From: Octopus vulgaris
Lineage: Eukaryota
DNA length: 64,000 bases
Assembly (NCBI GenBank): GCA_951406725.2
Contig: OX597832.1
Location: 57,102,001-57,166,000, forward strand
Direction of reading: 5' to 3'
Shown piece by piece: positions 40,337 to 52,185 of this stretch. Within the stretch, counting starts at the first letter, position 1. Each line of letters opens with the position of its first letter. The position numbers were made by a program, and so were the translations under genes. The notes under the pieces are model-generated. The model saw only the letters and a list, made by a program, of their open reading frames with translations. It was not told where the DNA came from and made no database searches.

Positions 40337-40341
<5 letters not shown>

Positions 40342-40552
40342 TGGGACTGAAAAGTTCTTGGCTTTGGGTAAAAGGAAATATAGGTGGATCAGTTACTTAA
40401 GATTTTATTCAGCATATTCCATTCTCAGACTTGCATGCTTATTGCAGTGGCCCTTCAATTTTTCTAATCCCTGTAAAAGAACTCAGAAGGTTGAGACCCC
40501 AACCACACTTTTCGTGATACCCTTAATGTCAGGAACTTTTCAGTACCTCTTG
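40337..40552. mobile_element. Mariner-derived MITE
   Basis: Inverted ends ..ACTGAAAAGTTCTTGGC / GTCAGGAACTTTTCAGT.. Confidence 0.6.
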
Positions 40553-40779
40553 TGTATATTTATTCTTTTATTCTTTTACTTGTTTCAGTCATTTGACTGC
40601 GGCCATGCTGGAGCATTGCTTTTTAGTCGAACAAATCAACCCCAGGACTTATTCTTTGTAAGCCTAGCACTCATCCCATCGGTCTCCCTTGCCGAACCGC
40701 TAATGTACGGTAAACATAAACACACAAACACCAGTTGTTAATCGATGGTGGGGGACAAACAGACAGACAAACATACAAT

Positions 40780-42005
40780 GTAATTATTCTTTTTCATTCC
40801 AGGTGCCATTATATTAAACATTCGCAATGAGTACCCATGCACAAAAAATTCAGCAGAACTGTCAGATTTTCAAAGGGGTTGTATTGTTGGGCAATCTGAG
40901 GCTGGACTTTGCCAGTGAAAAATTGCCGAAAATCTTCAAATTCCTCTTGCTACTATAAATAGAATTATAGTGCAATTCAAAAAGCCAAAGAAAGAATCAA
41001 CAGATTCTCATCCCAGCTTACCTGGACTCTTGGAAAGGAAGCTTCGCTGTTTGAAGAGAATTGTGGAAAACGAACCCCGTTCAAAGGCTTCTGATAGTGC
41101 AAAACAGCTAGAAGGTAGTCCAAGAACATGTGTTACATATCTGCATAAGCTTGGGTATTATGGATGAGCTGCTAGAAGAAAACCTCTCCTTCAACCAATT
41201 TATATCATGAAAAGAAAGAAAATGAGGAGATGCCAGAAAAATCCAGTTCCTTTTGGGATAGAGTGATTTTCTCAGATGAACCCAGATTTGCATTATTTTC
41301 AGACAGTGGATGTGTTTGGGTCTGGAGGCTTCCTAATCAAGAATTTGATTTGAAACGACTCCAACCAGCTGTGAAATATGGCGGTATCTCTGTAATGGTA
41401 GGGGGCGCTGTAAGGCGGCGAGCTGGCAGAATCGTTAGCATGCTGGCAAAATGCTTAGCAGTATTTTGTCTGCCGTTACGTTCTGAGTTCAATTTCTGCC
41501 GAGGTCGACTTTGCCTTTCATCCTTTCAGAGTCGATTAAATAAGTACCAGTTACTGAGGTCGATATAATCGACTTAATCCGTTTGTCTGTCCTTGTTTGT
41601 CCTCTCTGTGTTTAGCCCCTTGTGGCTAGTAAAGAAATAGGTATGGGGGCGCTGTCACCAACAATGGTCGTTCTGAGCTGATTGAATGTGTTGGAACCAT
41701 AAACTCTGAAAAATACATCAAAATACCTAAGCAAGGACTACTTCTGATGTATTCGCATAATGAAAAATGAGCTTTTATTCATGGAAGATGGGGCTCCATA
41801 CCACACAGTGAAAAGGAATCAACAATGGTTGACTGAAGATGACATGCAAAAGTTTCCTTGGCCCAGCCAATCTCCTGACATGAACTCAATTGAAGATCTT
41901 TGGAGTATACGAGATAGAGCTATACGAAATACTCGACAGAAACCCAAATCTAAAGATGAATTCTTTCGATTGTTGCATGAAAAGTGGGCAGAAATATTAC
42001 AAAGC
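40780..42005 (+). mobile_element. Tc1 (DD34E) transposase pseudogene interrupted by SINE A
   Basis: ELSDFQRGCIVG, VIFSDE, FMEDGAPYHT, WPSQSPDMNSIE (34-residue spacing); stops and frameshifts. Confidence 0.9.
41412..41639 (+). mobile_element. SINE family A monomer nested in Tc1
   Basis: TSD GGTAGGGGGCGCTGT 41397-41411 / GGTATGGGGGCGCTGT 41640-41655. Confidence 0.93.
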
Positions 42006-42006
42006 T

Positions 42007-42215
42007 CCTCTGGTGAATCTCCAACGTGTCATGTAATGTTATGGGTTCGACCTGCCCCTCTGGCGAATCTCCAGCATGTTATGTAATGTTATGGGTTGGG
42101 TGTGCCCCTCTGGCGAATCTGACATGTCATGTAATGTTATGGGTTGGCCCTGCCCCACTGGCGAATCTGACATGTCAGATTCGCCAGAAGAGCAGAGCCT
42201 ATCCATAACATTACA
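42007..42215. repeat. ~50-bp minisatellite (3 direct units) ending in an inverted unit
   Basis: Unit starts 42010, 42060, 42110, 42158; perfect palindrome 42158-42187. Confidence 0.92.
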
Positions 42216-42566
42216 AAATTTCCTTCAGAACACATACCGTTATCTTTAAAAGAAAATTCTAAAAAAATAAAACTCATAGAAACACAGGAAATTGGAGTCT
42301 GGAATAATAAGGAAAGATGGACTGGTTTATGTTTGATTAAAAGTCTTGCTAATTCAGATCTGACATGCAGCTACACAACAGGAACAACAACAACAATCAC
42401 AACAAACTGCTATTCTACAGGATAGAAAAAAAAAACCATAGAAAAATCGAGGCTTTGTGATATCAAATTAATCAGATTGGAGGACCCAGGTGGAATATTT
42501 GCAATGTGCCCGTTGTAAACCAGGTGACAAGTTACATATACCCTACGAAATTTCTACCATCTAAAG

Positions 42567-42813
42567 GTGATGGTGGTGATGATGATGATGGTGATGATGA
42601 TGCTAGTGGTGGTGGTGGTGGTGGTGGTGGTGATGGAGATATGATACTGATGATGACAATGGACATTATGATGATGATAATGATGATGATGACGATGAAA
42701 ATGGATGTGGCAGTCGTGGTAGTGATGGTGATAATGAAGGTGATAGTAATGATGATGATGATGATGACAGCAATGAGGATTACGACAACGATGACAACGG
42801 CAGATGATAAAAA

Positions 42814-42847
<34 letters not shown>

Positions 42848-42881
42848 GATGATGGTAATGGTGGTGATGACAATGGTCATT

Positions 42882-42925
<44 letters not shown>

Positions 42926-43205
42926 GATGATGATGATTACGATGTAGATGATGATGATGATGATGCAGATGATGGTGATGATGGTGGTGATGTTGATGAA
43001 GATGGAAGTGGTGGTTGTGTCAGTGGTGCCGAAGATAATGAAGGTAATGACAACGACGAAAACGACGATGATTACGACGACGACGGTGACGACAACGACG
43101 ATGATGATAATGATGATAATGATGGCAGTGATGATGTTGATGGTGGAGGTGGTAGTTATGAGGATGATGTTATTTACGACGATGATGATGATGGAAGTGA
43201 TGATT
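42567..43205. repeat. Degenerate (GAT/GGT/GAC)n array
   Basis: Direct inspection. Confidence 0.95.
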
Positions 43206-43576
43206 TTTATTGTTACAAAAAAAAATTTACTTTTAATAACATTCATTTGACTAACATTAGTTAATTACGACGGCTGAAACGTGCTAATGAATCTGTAATT
43301 CTTCAAGTTGTCTGGTAAAAGAACTCAAAAGTAATTTGGCTTCATTATATTGCTCTGACGAAGTTAATAAAAATTGTTTAAAATACTTGTTTACAGACTA
43401 GAAATAAATTCAACCAAACTTTAATTTCATTAGATTGAATTCGCAATTATAAGAAAATTAAAATTTAAAAAAAAAACCTCACACAAAACATATTTTTGGA
43501 GCTATCACGTACTAGACTTAATAAATCTAATGTTTGATACACCAAAAAATTAGAAACTTATAGAAAAACTTAATAA

Positions 43577-43585
43577 GTGTGTATA

Positions 43586-43635
<50 letters not shown>

Positions 43636-43641
43636 CATACA

Positions 43642-43675
<34 letters not shown>

Positions 43676-43755
43676 CATACATATATATATATACATACAT
43701 ATATATATCTACATATATATATACCTATATATATATATATCTACATATGTATATA

Positions 43756-43791
<36 letters not shown>

Positions 43792-43884
43792 GATATATAC
43801 ATATATATATGTATATATATATATACACATATATATATATGTAAATATATATATACATATATATATGCATATATATATGTATAT

Positions 43885-43946
<62 letters not shown>

Positions 43947-43973
43947 TGGGTCTTCATACATGCCACCGGCACT

Positions 43974-44010
<37 letters not shown>
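43577..44010. repeat. (TA)/(TACA) array
   Basis: Direct inspection. Confidence 0.95.
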
Positions 44011-44015
<5 letters not shown>

Positions 44016-44698
44016 TCCATCCATAGAAGGCACGGGTTGTGGATATACGTGTGTGTGTATGTGAAGGCGCATGGTTCAGTGGTTAGAGTGTCGAGCTTAC
44101 GATTGCGAGGTTACGAATCCTGGACTGGGCTGCATGCTGTGTTCTTGATTGCCAAATTTCACTTAATACTTCACCTGCGCTTTTGTCATGGTAAAACAAT
44201 AGTTTTTCTGTGAATGAAAGCACGTACACATTGCTCAGATGCCTTCGCTAAACAGAATAATGTCTTTGCCACTTGACCCTTCTAACCACTTCTAGGCAAC
44301 CACTGGCTGGAATGGAGATAACAGACCTCCAACGAACTCCATAAGCTGTAGGCAGTTACTGAGAGCAACAATCAGTGAGTGTGAACGTTATTACTACACT
44401 TTCTTCAAACACTTCATTCATATATTTATATAACCTCTCTCACCAAACTCCGACAATCTTTCTCGCCAACCTCTGAAAATCTCTCTCGCTAATCTCCAAC
44501 AATCTCTCCCTCTTTCAGCTGACAGTGTTTTGTACTTTTCATAATGGAAAATACACCATTTGTGGCAGTCATAACGAAATTGCTTTCTTATATCAAAATA
44601 GTAAGGCGTTTCCACAGAACATCTTTACCCCCAGAAATTACCAGGTACACCACCTAGAATGGTGCATCAGCATGGCCGCAGCTCTGAGCTGAAACAAG

Positions 44699-44747
<49 letters not shown>

Positions 44748-45052
44748 GATGGGTTTCTTTCTAGCATTTCTAGATGAGTTTATAAATTCTAAATTGTAGG
44801 AGAATTTGTCAGTAAAGCAGTTTAGCTTAAATGGTAAAGCACTTTGACCAGACATTGAAAGGATGTGAGTTTGAGTCTCATGGCTGGTTGCCAATATATT
44901 TTTCTGGTCTGTAAGGATTTTATCCTATTTATGGTGTTCTATCAGTACTTAGGTGTTGAAAAAAATATATCTTTTTACTTGTACTACAATACATTTCAGT
45001 GCTTCAAAAACAAACTTATGTTTGTTTACATATAACGTAATATATATATATA

Positions 45053-45217
45053 TAGGTGTAGGAGTGGGTGTGTTGTAAGTAGCTTGCTTACGAACCACAT
45101 AGTTCTGGATTCAGTCCCACTGTGTGGCACCTTAGGCAAGTGTCTTCTACTATAACCTTGGGGTGACCAAAACCTTATGAGTGGATTTGGTAGACGGAAA
45201 CTGAAAGAAGCCTGTCG

Positions 45218-45252
<35 letters not shown>

Positions 45253-45742
45253 ATGTGTGTGTGTGTGTGAATGTGTGTGTGTGTATATGTTTCTGTGTCG
45301 GTGTTTGTCTACCCAACATCGCTTGACAACCAATGTTGGTGTGCTTACATCCCCGTAACTTATCAGTTCAGCAAAAAGAGACCGATAGAATAAGTACTAG
45401 GCTTACAAAGAATAAGTCCTGGGGTCGATTTGCTCGAGTAAAGGCGGTGCTCCAGCATGGTCACAGTCAAATGACTGAAACAAGTAAAAGAGTAAAGAGT
45501 ATATCCATATATGTATGTATGTATTTGTACATGTTTGTGTGTCTGTGTTTGTCCACCCGACTATTGCTTGACAACTGATGCTGGTGTGTTTATGTCTCTG
45601 TAACTTAGCAGTTCTGTAAGAGAGACCAATAGAATAAGTACTAGGCTTACAAAAAACAAGTCCTGGAGTTGATTTGCTCGACTAAAGGCGGTGCTCCAGC
45701 ATGGCCGCAGTCAAATGACTGAAACAAATAAAAGAATAAAAG
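45053..45742 (+). mobile_element. SINE family B full copy (45053-45496) followed by a second 3' half (45535-45742)
   Basis: Reverse-complement homology to 2409-2803. Confidence 0.85.
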
Positions 45743-45744
45743 AA

Positions 45745-45770
45745 TATATATATGTGTGTATATATATATA

Positions 45771-45829
<59 letters not shown>

Positions 45830-45835
45830 GTATAC

Positions 45836-45867
<32 letters not shown>

Positions 45868-45946
45868 TATACATATATATATACATACATATATATATAC
45901 ATATATATATATACACACACATATATATATACATATATATATATAC

Positions 45947-46013
<67 letters not shown>

Positions 46014-46106
46014 CATATATATATACACACATATATATATATACATATATATATATACACACATATATATAACAAAACTTACTGGGAGGAGATGAAATGA
46101 AACGAA

Positions 46107-46137
<31 letters not shown>

Positions 46138-46138
46138 C

Positions 46139-46198
<60 letters not shown>

Positions 46199-46292
46199 AC
46201 ATATATATATACACACATATATATATATACATATATATATATACACACATATATATAACAAAACTTACTGGGAGGAGATGAAATGAAACGAA

Positions 46293-46324
<32 letters not shown>

Positions 46325-46390
46325 GTATATATATATATGTGTATATATGTATGTATATGTATATGTATATATATATATATATGTATATTA
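45745..46390. repeat. (TA)-rich array with ~186-bp tandem duplication
   Basis: 39-bp unique core at 46070-46108 and 46256-46294. Confidence 0.9.
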
Positions 46391-46618
46391 CAAGGGAAGA
46401 AACTCTTCCCTAACAGTTCTGCCTCTTAGTAAATTGGTACCTGTTAAATAAGAATCAATATTTTGTCTTCCTTACTGGTTTCCAGGCTGCTTGCTAAAGC
46501 TATTCTGAGGCATTGCAGGAAAATAAAAATTTAAAAAATTGATAATAAATTATATGATTATTTTGTCTTATAGCTTTTATTTGACGATTTTTAAACTTCA
46601 AGGTTACAGCATCGTTAC

Positions 46619-46650
<32 letters not shown>

Positions 46651-47132
46651 CTTAACGTCTGTTGTCCATGCTGGCATGGGTTCGACAATGTGACCAGAGC
46701 TGGCAAGCTGGTGGGGCTGCATCAGACTCCATTTGTCTGATATGTGCATGGTTTGTTCTACAGCTGGATGCCGTTTTTAAAGCCAGTCACTTGACAGAGT
46801 GTACTGAGTGCTTTTATGAGGCCCTAACCCTAACCACTTTTACCTGGCACCCCATGGGCAGTTCTATGTGATGCTGCACACACACTTTTATATAGCACTC
46901 GGGCGCATTTAAGAGTCGCTGCACAGACACTTTCATGTGGCACTGCATGGGTAGTTTTATGTGACACCTCCATGAGTGCTTTACCCAGCCAGAAGGATTG
47001 GTCTTAACACCACTGCTGCAGGCTACGGGGTAATATAATCTCATAACAAAAATGTTATTCTCATCACCATCATCATTTAACATCCTATTTTTCAGTGCTG
47101 GCAAGGGTTGAACAGTTAAACAAGATGTGACA

Positions 47133-47541
47133 AGCTGGCAGAAATGTTAGCACGCCAGGCGAAATGCTTAGCAGTTTTTCGTCTGTCGCTACGTTCTGAG
47201 TTCAAATTCCGTCGAAGTCGACTTTGCCTTTCATCCTTTCGGGGTCGATTAAATAAGTACCAGTTACACACTGGGGTCGATACAATTGACTTAATCCGTT
47301 TGTCTGTCCTTGTTTGTTCCCTCTGTGTATAGCCCCTTGTGTGTAGTAAAGAAATAGGTATTTCATCTGCCATTATGTTCTGAGTTCAAAAATTCTGCCG
47401 AGGCCACCTTTATCTCTCATCCTTTCAGGGTCGATAAATTAAGTACCACTTATGCACTGGGGTCGATGTAATCAACTTAATCCGTTTGTCTGTCCTTGTT
47501 TGTCCCCTCTATGTTTAGCCCCTTGTGGGCAATAAAGAAAT
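47133..47541 (+). mobile_element. SINE family A dimer nested in an old minus-strand RTE tail
   Basis: TSD AAGATGTGACAAG 47122-47134 / 47542-47554. Confidence 0.9.
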
Positions 47542-48663
47542 AAGATGTGACAAGTCCAACGACTGCATCATGTTCCACTGTTTGTTTGGGCACAATGGTT
47601 TCTGTCACCCGATGCCCTTCATAAGCTAACCACTTCACAGAGCATTTTGGGTGCGTTTTTTTTTTTTTTTTGTGCCACCAGGGTGAATAATGTTACCATG
47701 CAGATTGTGAGGTTGTGAACCATGACTGAGGTGGCTTTTGCTAGGAGATGAGGGGTTAAATTAAGAGAGAAGGACTCAGAGCTGTAAAGGAGCTACATAG
47801 CTAATAACATTTTAGAAGAGTGCACTACATCATATTAGCAGAAACAGCTGTAAGCCAATGAAGTTAATTATGTAATACATGTTCCATTGTCATACATACA
47901 ATTGTATGTAAGTAGTGGTGGATATGAAAGCCATATCAATTGGTAATTTTGAAAAAGTATTACATAAGCGAAGAATATCACATCTATTTTTTTGGTGAAC
48001 AATTAACATCATTAGAGAAGTGACAATAAAATTTGATTACAAAGTCTAAGGATTGAAGTGATGATGGTAATGATGATGATGATGATGATGGTAATGATGA
48101 TGGTGACAACTGTAATATGGTAATGATGATATTGGTGAAGGTGATGGTGATGATGATAATGACGGTGATGACGATGTCGGCAATGACGACAATGATGATG
48201 TCAAAGATGGTGATGACAACAATGATGATATGGTGATGATGATATTGGTGATGGTGAGAGCGATGATGATAATGGTGGTGAGAGTGATGACGATGACGAT
48301 GACAGCAACAACAATTACAATGGCGTCAGTGATAATGATGACGTCAACAACAATGATGACGACAATGACAATATGATGATGATAATATTGGCAATGGTGA
48401 GAATGATGATGATAATGATGGTGATGATGCTGACAATGATACGGTAATGATATGTATATAAATATCATCTGGAGGCTGGCATTTATTTTATATGCTTAGA
48501 AATGGACATGTGGTTAAGAAACTTGCTTTACACCCATGAAGTTTTGGGTTTAGTGTCAGTCTGTGACACTTTGGGGAAGTGTGTTCTACTATAGCTCTCG
48601 GCTGACCGATACCTTGTAAATAAATTTGGTAGACAAAGAGTGAGTGGAACCCTATCATATATA

Positions 48664-48940
48664 CAGTATTTACATTATTTACATTTGATGGATATTTGTC
48701 CTCATCTTGTTTGTTGTTAACACGTTTCAACTGATGTACCCTCCAGCCTTCATCAGGTGTCTTGGGGGAAATTTCGAACCTGGGTTCTCATTCCTAAGGT
48801 ATTTTTCGATGATAATAATAATATTTTTATTATCATTATTATTATTATTATTATCATTATTATTCAGGTCATTGCTTGGAATTGAACTTGGAATCCTGGG
48901 GTTAGTAGCCCGCGCTCTTAACCACTACGCCATATGCACA
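48664..48940 (-). mobile_element. tRNA-like head + (AAT)n + PLE-like tail with hammerhead remnant
   Basis: Minus: A-box TGGCGTAGTGG, B-box AGTTCAATTCC, (AAT)n, then GACAC-CTGATGA-A-GGCTG..CAGTT-GAAA-CGTGTT. Confidence 0.65.
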
Positions 48941-49309
48941 TGGGCGTAGTGGTTAAGAGCACGGGCTACTAACTCCACTACTAATCCCAGGATTTGGTAG
49001 ATGGAAACTGAAAGAAGCCCATCGTATATATATATGTATGTATGTGTATATCTGTTTGTGTGTCAGTGTTTGTCCCCCCCTCCAACATCGCTTGACAACA
49101 CATGCTGGTCTGTTTACATCCCTGTAACTTAGCAGTTCAGCAAAAGAGGCTGATAGAATAAGTACTAGGCCTACAAAGAATAAGTCCTGGCGTCGGTTTG
49201 CTATAGTAGAAGACACTTGCCCAAGGTGCCATGCAGTGGGACTGAACCTGGAACCATGTCATTGGTAAGCAAGCTACTTACCACACAGCCACTCCTGCGC
49301 CTATGCCAA

Positions 49310-49750
49310 AACTGGGCATTTCAATGATTTGCCGGCTGTTGTTTGCAAATATTCACATGTCATGGAGCCATGCCATTTGGTCAGTTCATAGTCAACTTCT
49401 TAACAGCATCTCTTCACAAGGCTGAGCTTATGGAGGTATTGATAGGAGGGGTTTTGTGAGGGATCAACTTCTGTCAACAACCTATGAGTGTTTAGGCTTA
49501 GCTGTTGTTCAACAATTTCAAACAAGGCTTCATCTTCCACAACAGAAAGTCTCCCTAACCATTTTGTCTTTGAGGCTGGCATCACTTTCCTTGAAATGTC
49601 TGAACCACACTCATTTACAGCTTCTGGCTCTTCCACATCATTAATTTCTTTAGCTGCTGCTCTTGTGGTCAGTTCTTTTTCTTCAACAGGCTGAGTAGCG
49701 TAAAATGGCGACAGATGTAATTTTTTTCACCAGTCGTTATCAGAGCAGTA
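49310..49750 (-). mobile_element. Decayed mariner transposase N-terminal relic
   Basis: AAAKEINDV..GRLSVVEDEAL..YLHKL remnants of the HTH region. Confidence 0.55.
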
Positions 49751-50147
49751 CAATAATAGAACAGACAATTAATGCTTATATGTTACATATGGAAATAAAG
49801 AATAAGCAATTTGGCAAAGACTGGACGACAAAACGTACCAAATTATTGATATAACTTGTAGATTCAAGTTGCCAAAAATTATCAGAGAAAATCAAAAAAA
49901 AAGTCTTTGACTCAGTCTAGTACAACTAACATGTGATGTCAAAGCAAGGAGATACAAACACACACAGACACACACACACAGACACGCACACCATTTAACC
50001 TACACTGTATTGAGATATGAACTACTAACAGTTACTTACCATTGAGACACACGGTCTTATCTTAATACACTAAATGATATTTATCTCTCAGTGGACGGAG
50101 TGCTGTTTTTGTTGATCTTACCTTAAAGGAACAGTAAACCGTATGTA

Positions 50148-50875
50148 CAGGGTACAGTGAATAAGTTGTTGTCTAAATTACGCAAGAATGAAAATAATAC
50201 TGACATCTCTTTTAAACAGATATATGTACCAAAATTACATAAAAATATCTTGAAATACTAAAGAGTAAATTTATTCAATAAAATCACCATTGGCTTCAAC
50301 CATCCTCCAGAAGACTTGGGAATTTCCTGCAACTCTTCTGGAAGGTCTCCTTGTTTAAGTTGGTGAATGCTGCCATAATCCTTGCTTTCAGTTCATCTTT
50401 GGTGTTACAAAGAGTTTTGCTGAAATTATCTGACAGCCATGACTAGGTTCTCCTGCTTGTATGGCATGGTGCAGAGTCCTGTTGCCAGACATAGGGTCTT
50501 CCAGCAGCCTCCCTCTTGACCCAGAGTAGCACTAACTCATCCAGGCACTTGATGTAGGCCTCCATGTTGAGTGTGAGGCCATGTGGGAAGATGAATGGAG
50601 GCATAATGTCGCCATCACTAGTGATCACTCCAAACAACATGACGTTGACTGGATGTTTGATTTTTATCACTCTCAGTACATCTTTTGGAGACATGGCAAG
50701 CCAAAGGTTGTTCTGTGTGTTCACCATCTGATCTTGGCAGAAATTTTTTCTCATCTGAGAAAAACCAAATTATATTCAGTTGGAGGGGATGCTTGAGTTT
50801 ATTCAAAAGCTTCATAGCACGGTCTTTCCTCTTGTCCTTGATGGCTTGGGATAAAAACTGTCCCTTTCTCATTTT
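50148..50875 (-). mobile_element. DD37D-family mariner-like relic
   Basis: WFFSDEK, VMLFGVITSDG, YVWQQDSAPCHT motifs; TIR near 50148. Confidence 0.85.
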
Positions 50876-50877
50876 TA

Positions 50878-51525
50878 ATAAGCAAGAATTTGTCAGAAGG
50901 CCTCCAGGAAAGTGAAACAACTCACAATACACAACACAAACAGTGAAGTTTGGGAGTAAGTGTCTGATGCTTTGGGGATACATAAAAAGTGATGGTTCAA
51001 GAAAGTTGGTTAAAATTGATGGTAACTTGAATAGTGCCAAATACATCCAGTTGCTGAAGGACAATTTGATAGCAGACTTTGACGAAGGTGAGATATTTCA
51101 GAATGACGGAACTCCATGCCACAGACTGCGTGCAACACAATAGAGTCTGGCTGATGAAGGTGTTACCGTATTGAAAGATTGGCCAGCTCTGAGCCCTGAC
51201 TTAAATATCATTGAGCAAATGTGGACAGAACTAAAGAGAAGAGTTCGCCAGAAGAATTCACGCAATCTCGAAGAGTTGTGGGAGCTCAGCCACAGGGAAT
51301 GGCATCTCATACCTGTGAAGATGGTGAAGGATTTGTACGCATCTCTTTCCTAGGTGCATTGAAGCAATTATTTAAGCTAAGGAAAGCCACACGGAATATT
51401 AACAATGTACAGTAACTTCTTGAAATGAGCATTATGTAATAAATTTTCATTATAGACATTTTTCTATTTTAAAACACTGTATCTTCATTGGTTTATGTAA
51501 GGTGGGTGGAAACTTTTGCACGTCT
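50878..51525 (+). mobile_element. Tc1-like transposase 3' half, DD35E spacing
   Basis: TVKFG..MLWG, FQNDGTPCH, WPALSPDLNIIE in one frame across a single stop. Confidence 0.85.
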
Positions 51526-51734
51526 ATTTTTAGTGGTCGTCTCGCATCTTCCCTCTCATACAGAACCCCAGCTGCAAAATATAATGATTAGGTACGGAAA
51601 TGACTCCAACAGGGCCAATGTTTCATCTGTAAAAATCGCAATGTGAAACATCGACTTATAATTTGGCAATTAGTAGAAATTTTTAATAGTTTAAAGTGGT
51701 CGAAGATTTTGCATGGTATTGTATATATATATAA

Positions 51735-52029
51735 ACATTTGAGCGAGGGCGTTGCCAGTGCTGCTGGACTGGATCCTGTGCAGGTGACTTGTAAAATCAC
51801 CATTTGAGTGTGGCCGTTGCCAGTACCGCCTGACCGGCCCCCATGCTGGTGGCATGTAAAAGCAACGACTACACTCTTGGAGTGGTTGGCATTAGGAAGA
51901 GCATCCAGCTGTAGAAAATCTGCCAGATCAGATTGGAGCCTGGTGCAGCCATCTGGCTCACCAGTCCCCAGTCAAACCATCCAACTCATGCCAACATGGA
52001 AAGCGGACATTAAATGATGATGATGATGA

Positions 52030-52032
<3 letters not shown>
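51735..52032 (+). mobile_element. RTE 3' tail copy
   Basis: Homology to 36503-36820. Confidence 0.8.
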
Positions 52033-52062
<30 letters not shown>

Positions 52063-52144
52063 CATCATCATCTTCATATATATATATATATATAAACACA
52101 CATACACACGTGTATATGTATGTATGCATACACAAACACACACG

Positions 52145-52185
<41 letters not shown>

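Noticed and set aside
42506-43264. 252-aa Asp-rich ORF resembling acidic biomineralisation proteins
   Set aside because: Degenerate (GAT)n array, non-ATG start, no signal peptide, frame switches between poly-D and poly-M; similar tracts at 48055-48450
48339-48346. Third TGACGTCA
   Set aside because: Arises inside a degenerate GAT/GAC repeat
51151-51180. CTGATGA...GAAA hammerhead-like match
   Set aside because: Lies within transposase coding sequence; no convincing stems I and III
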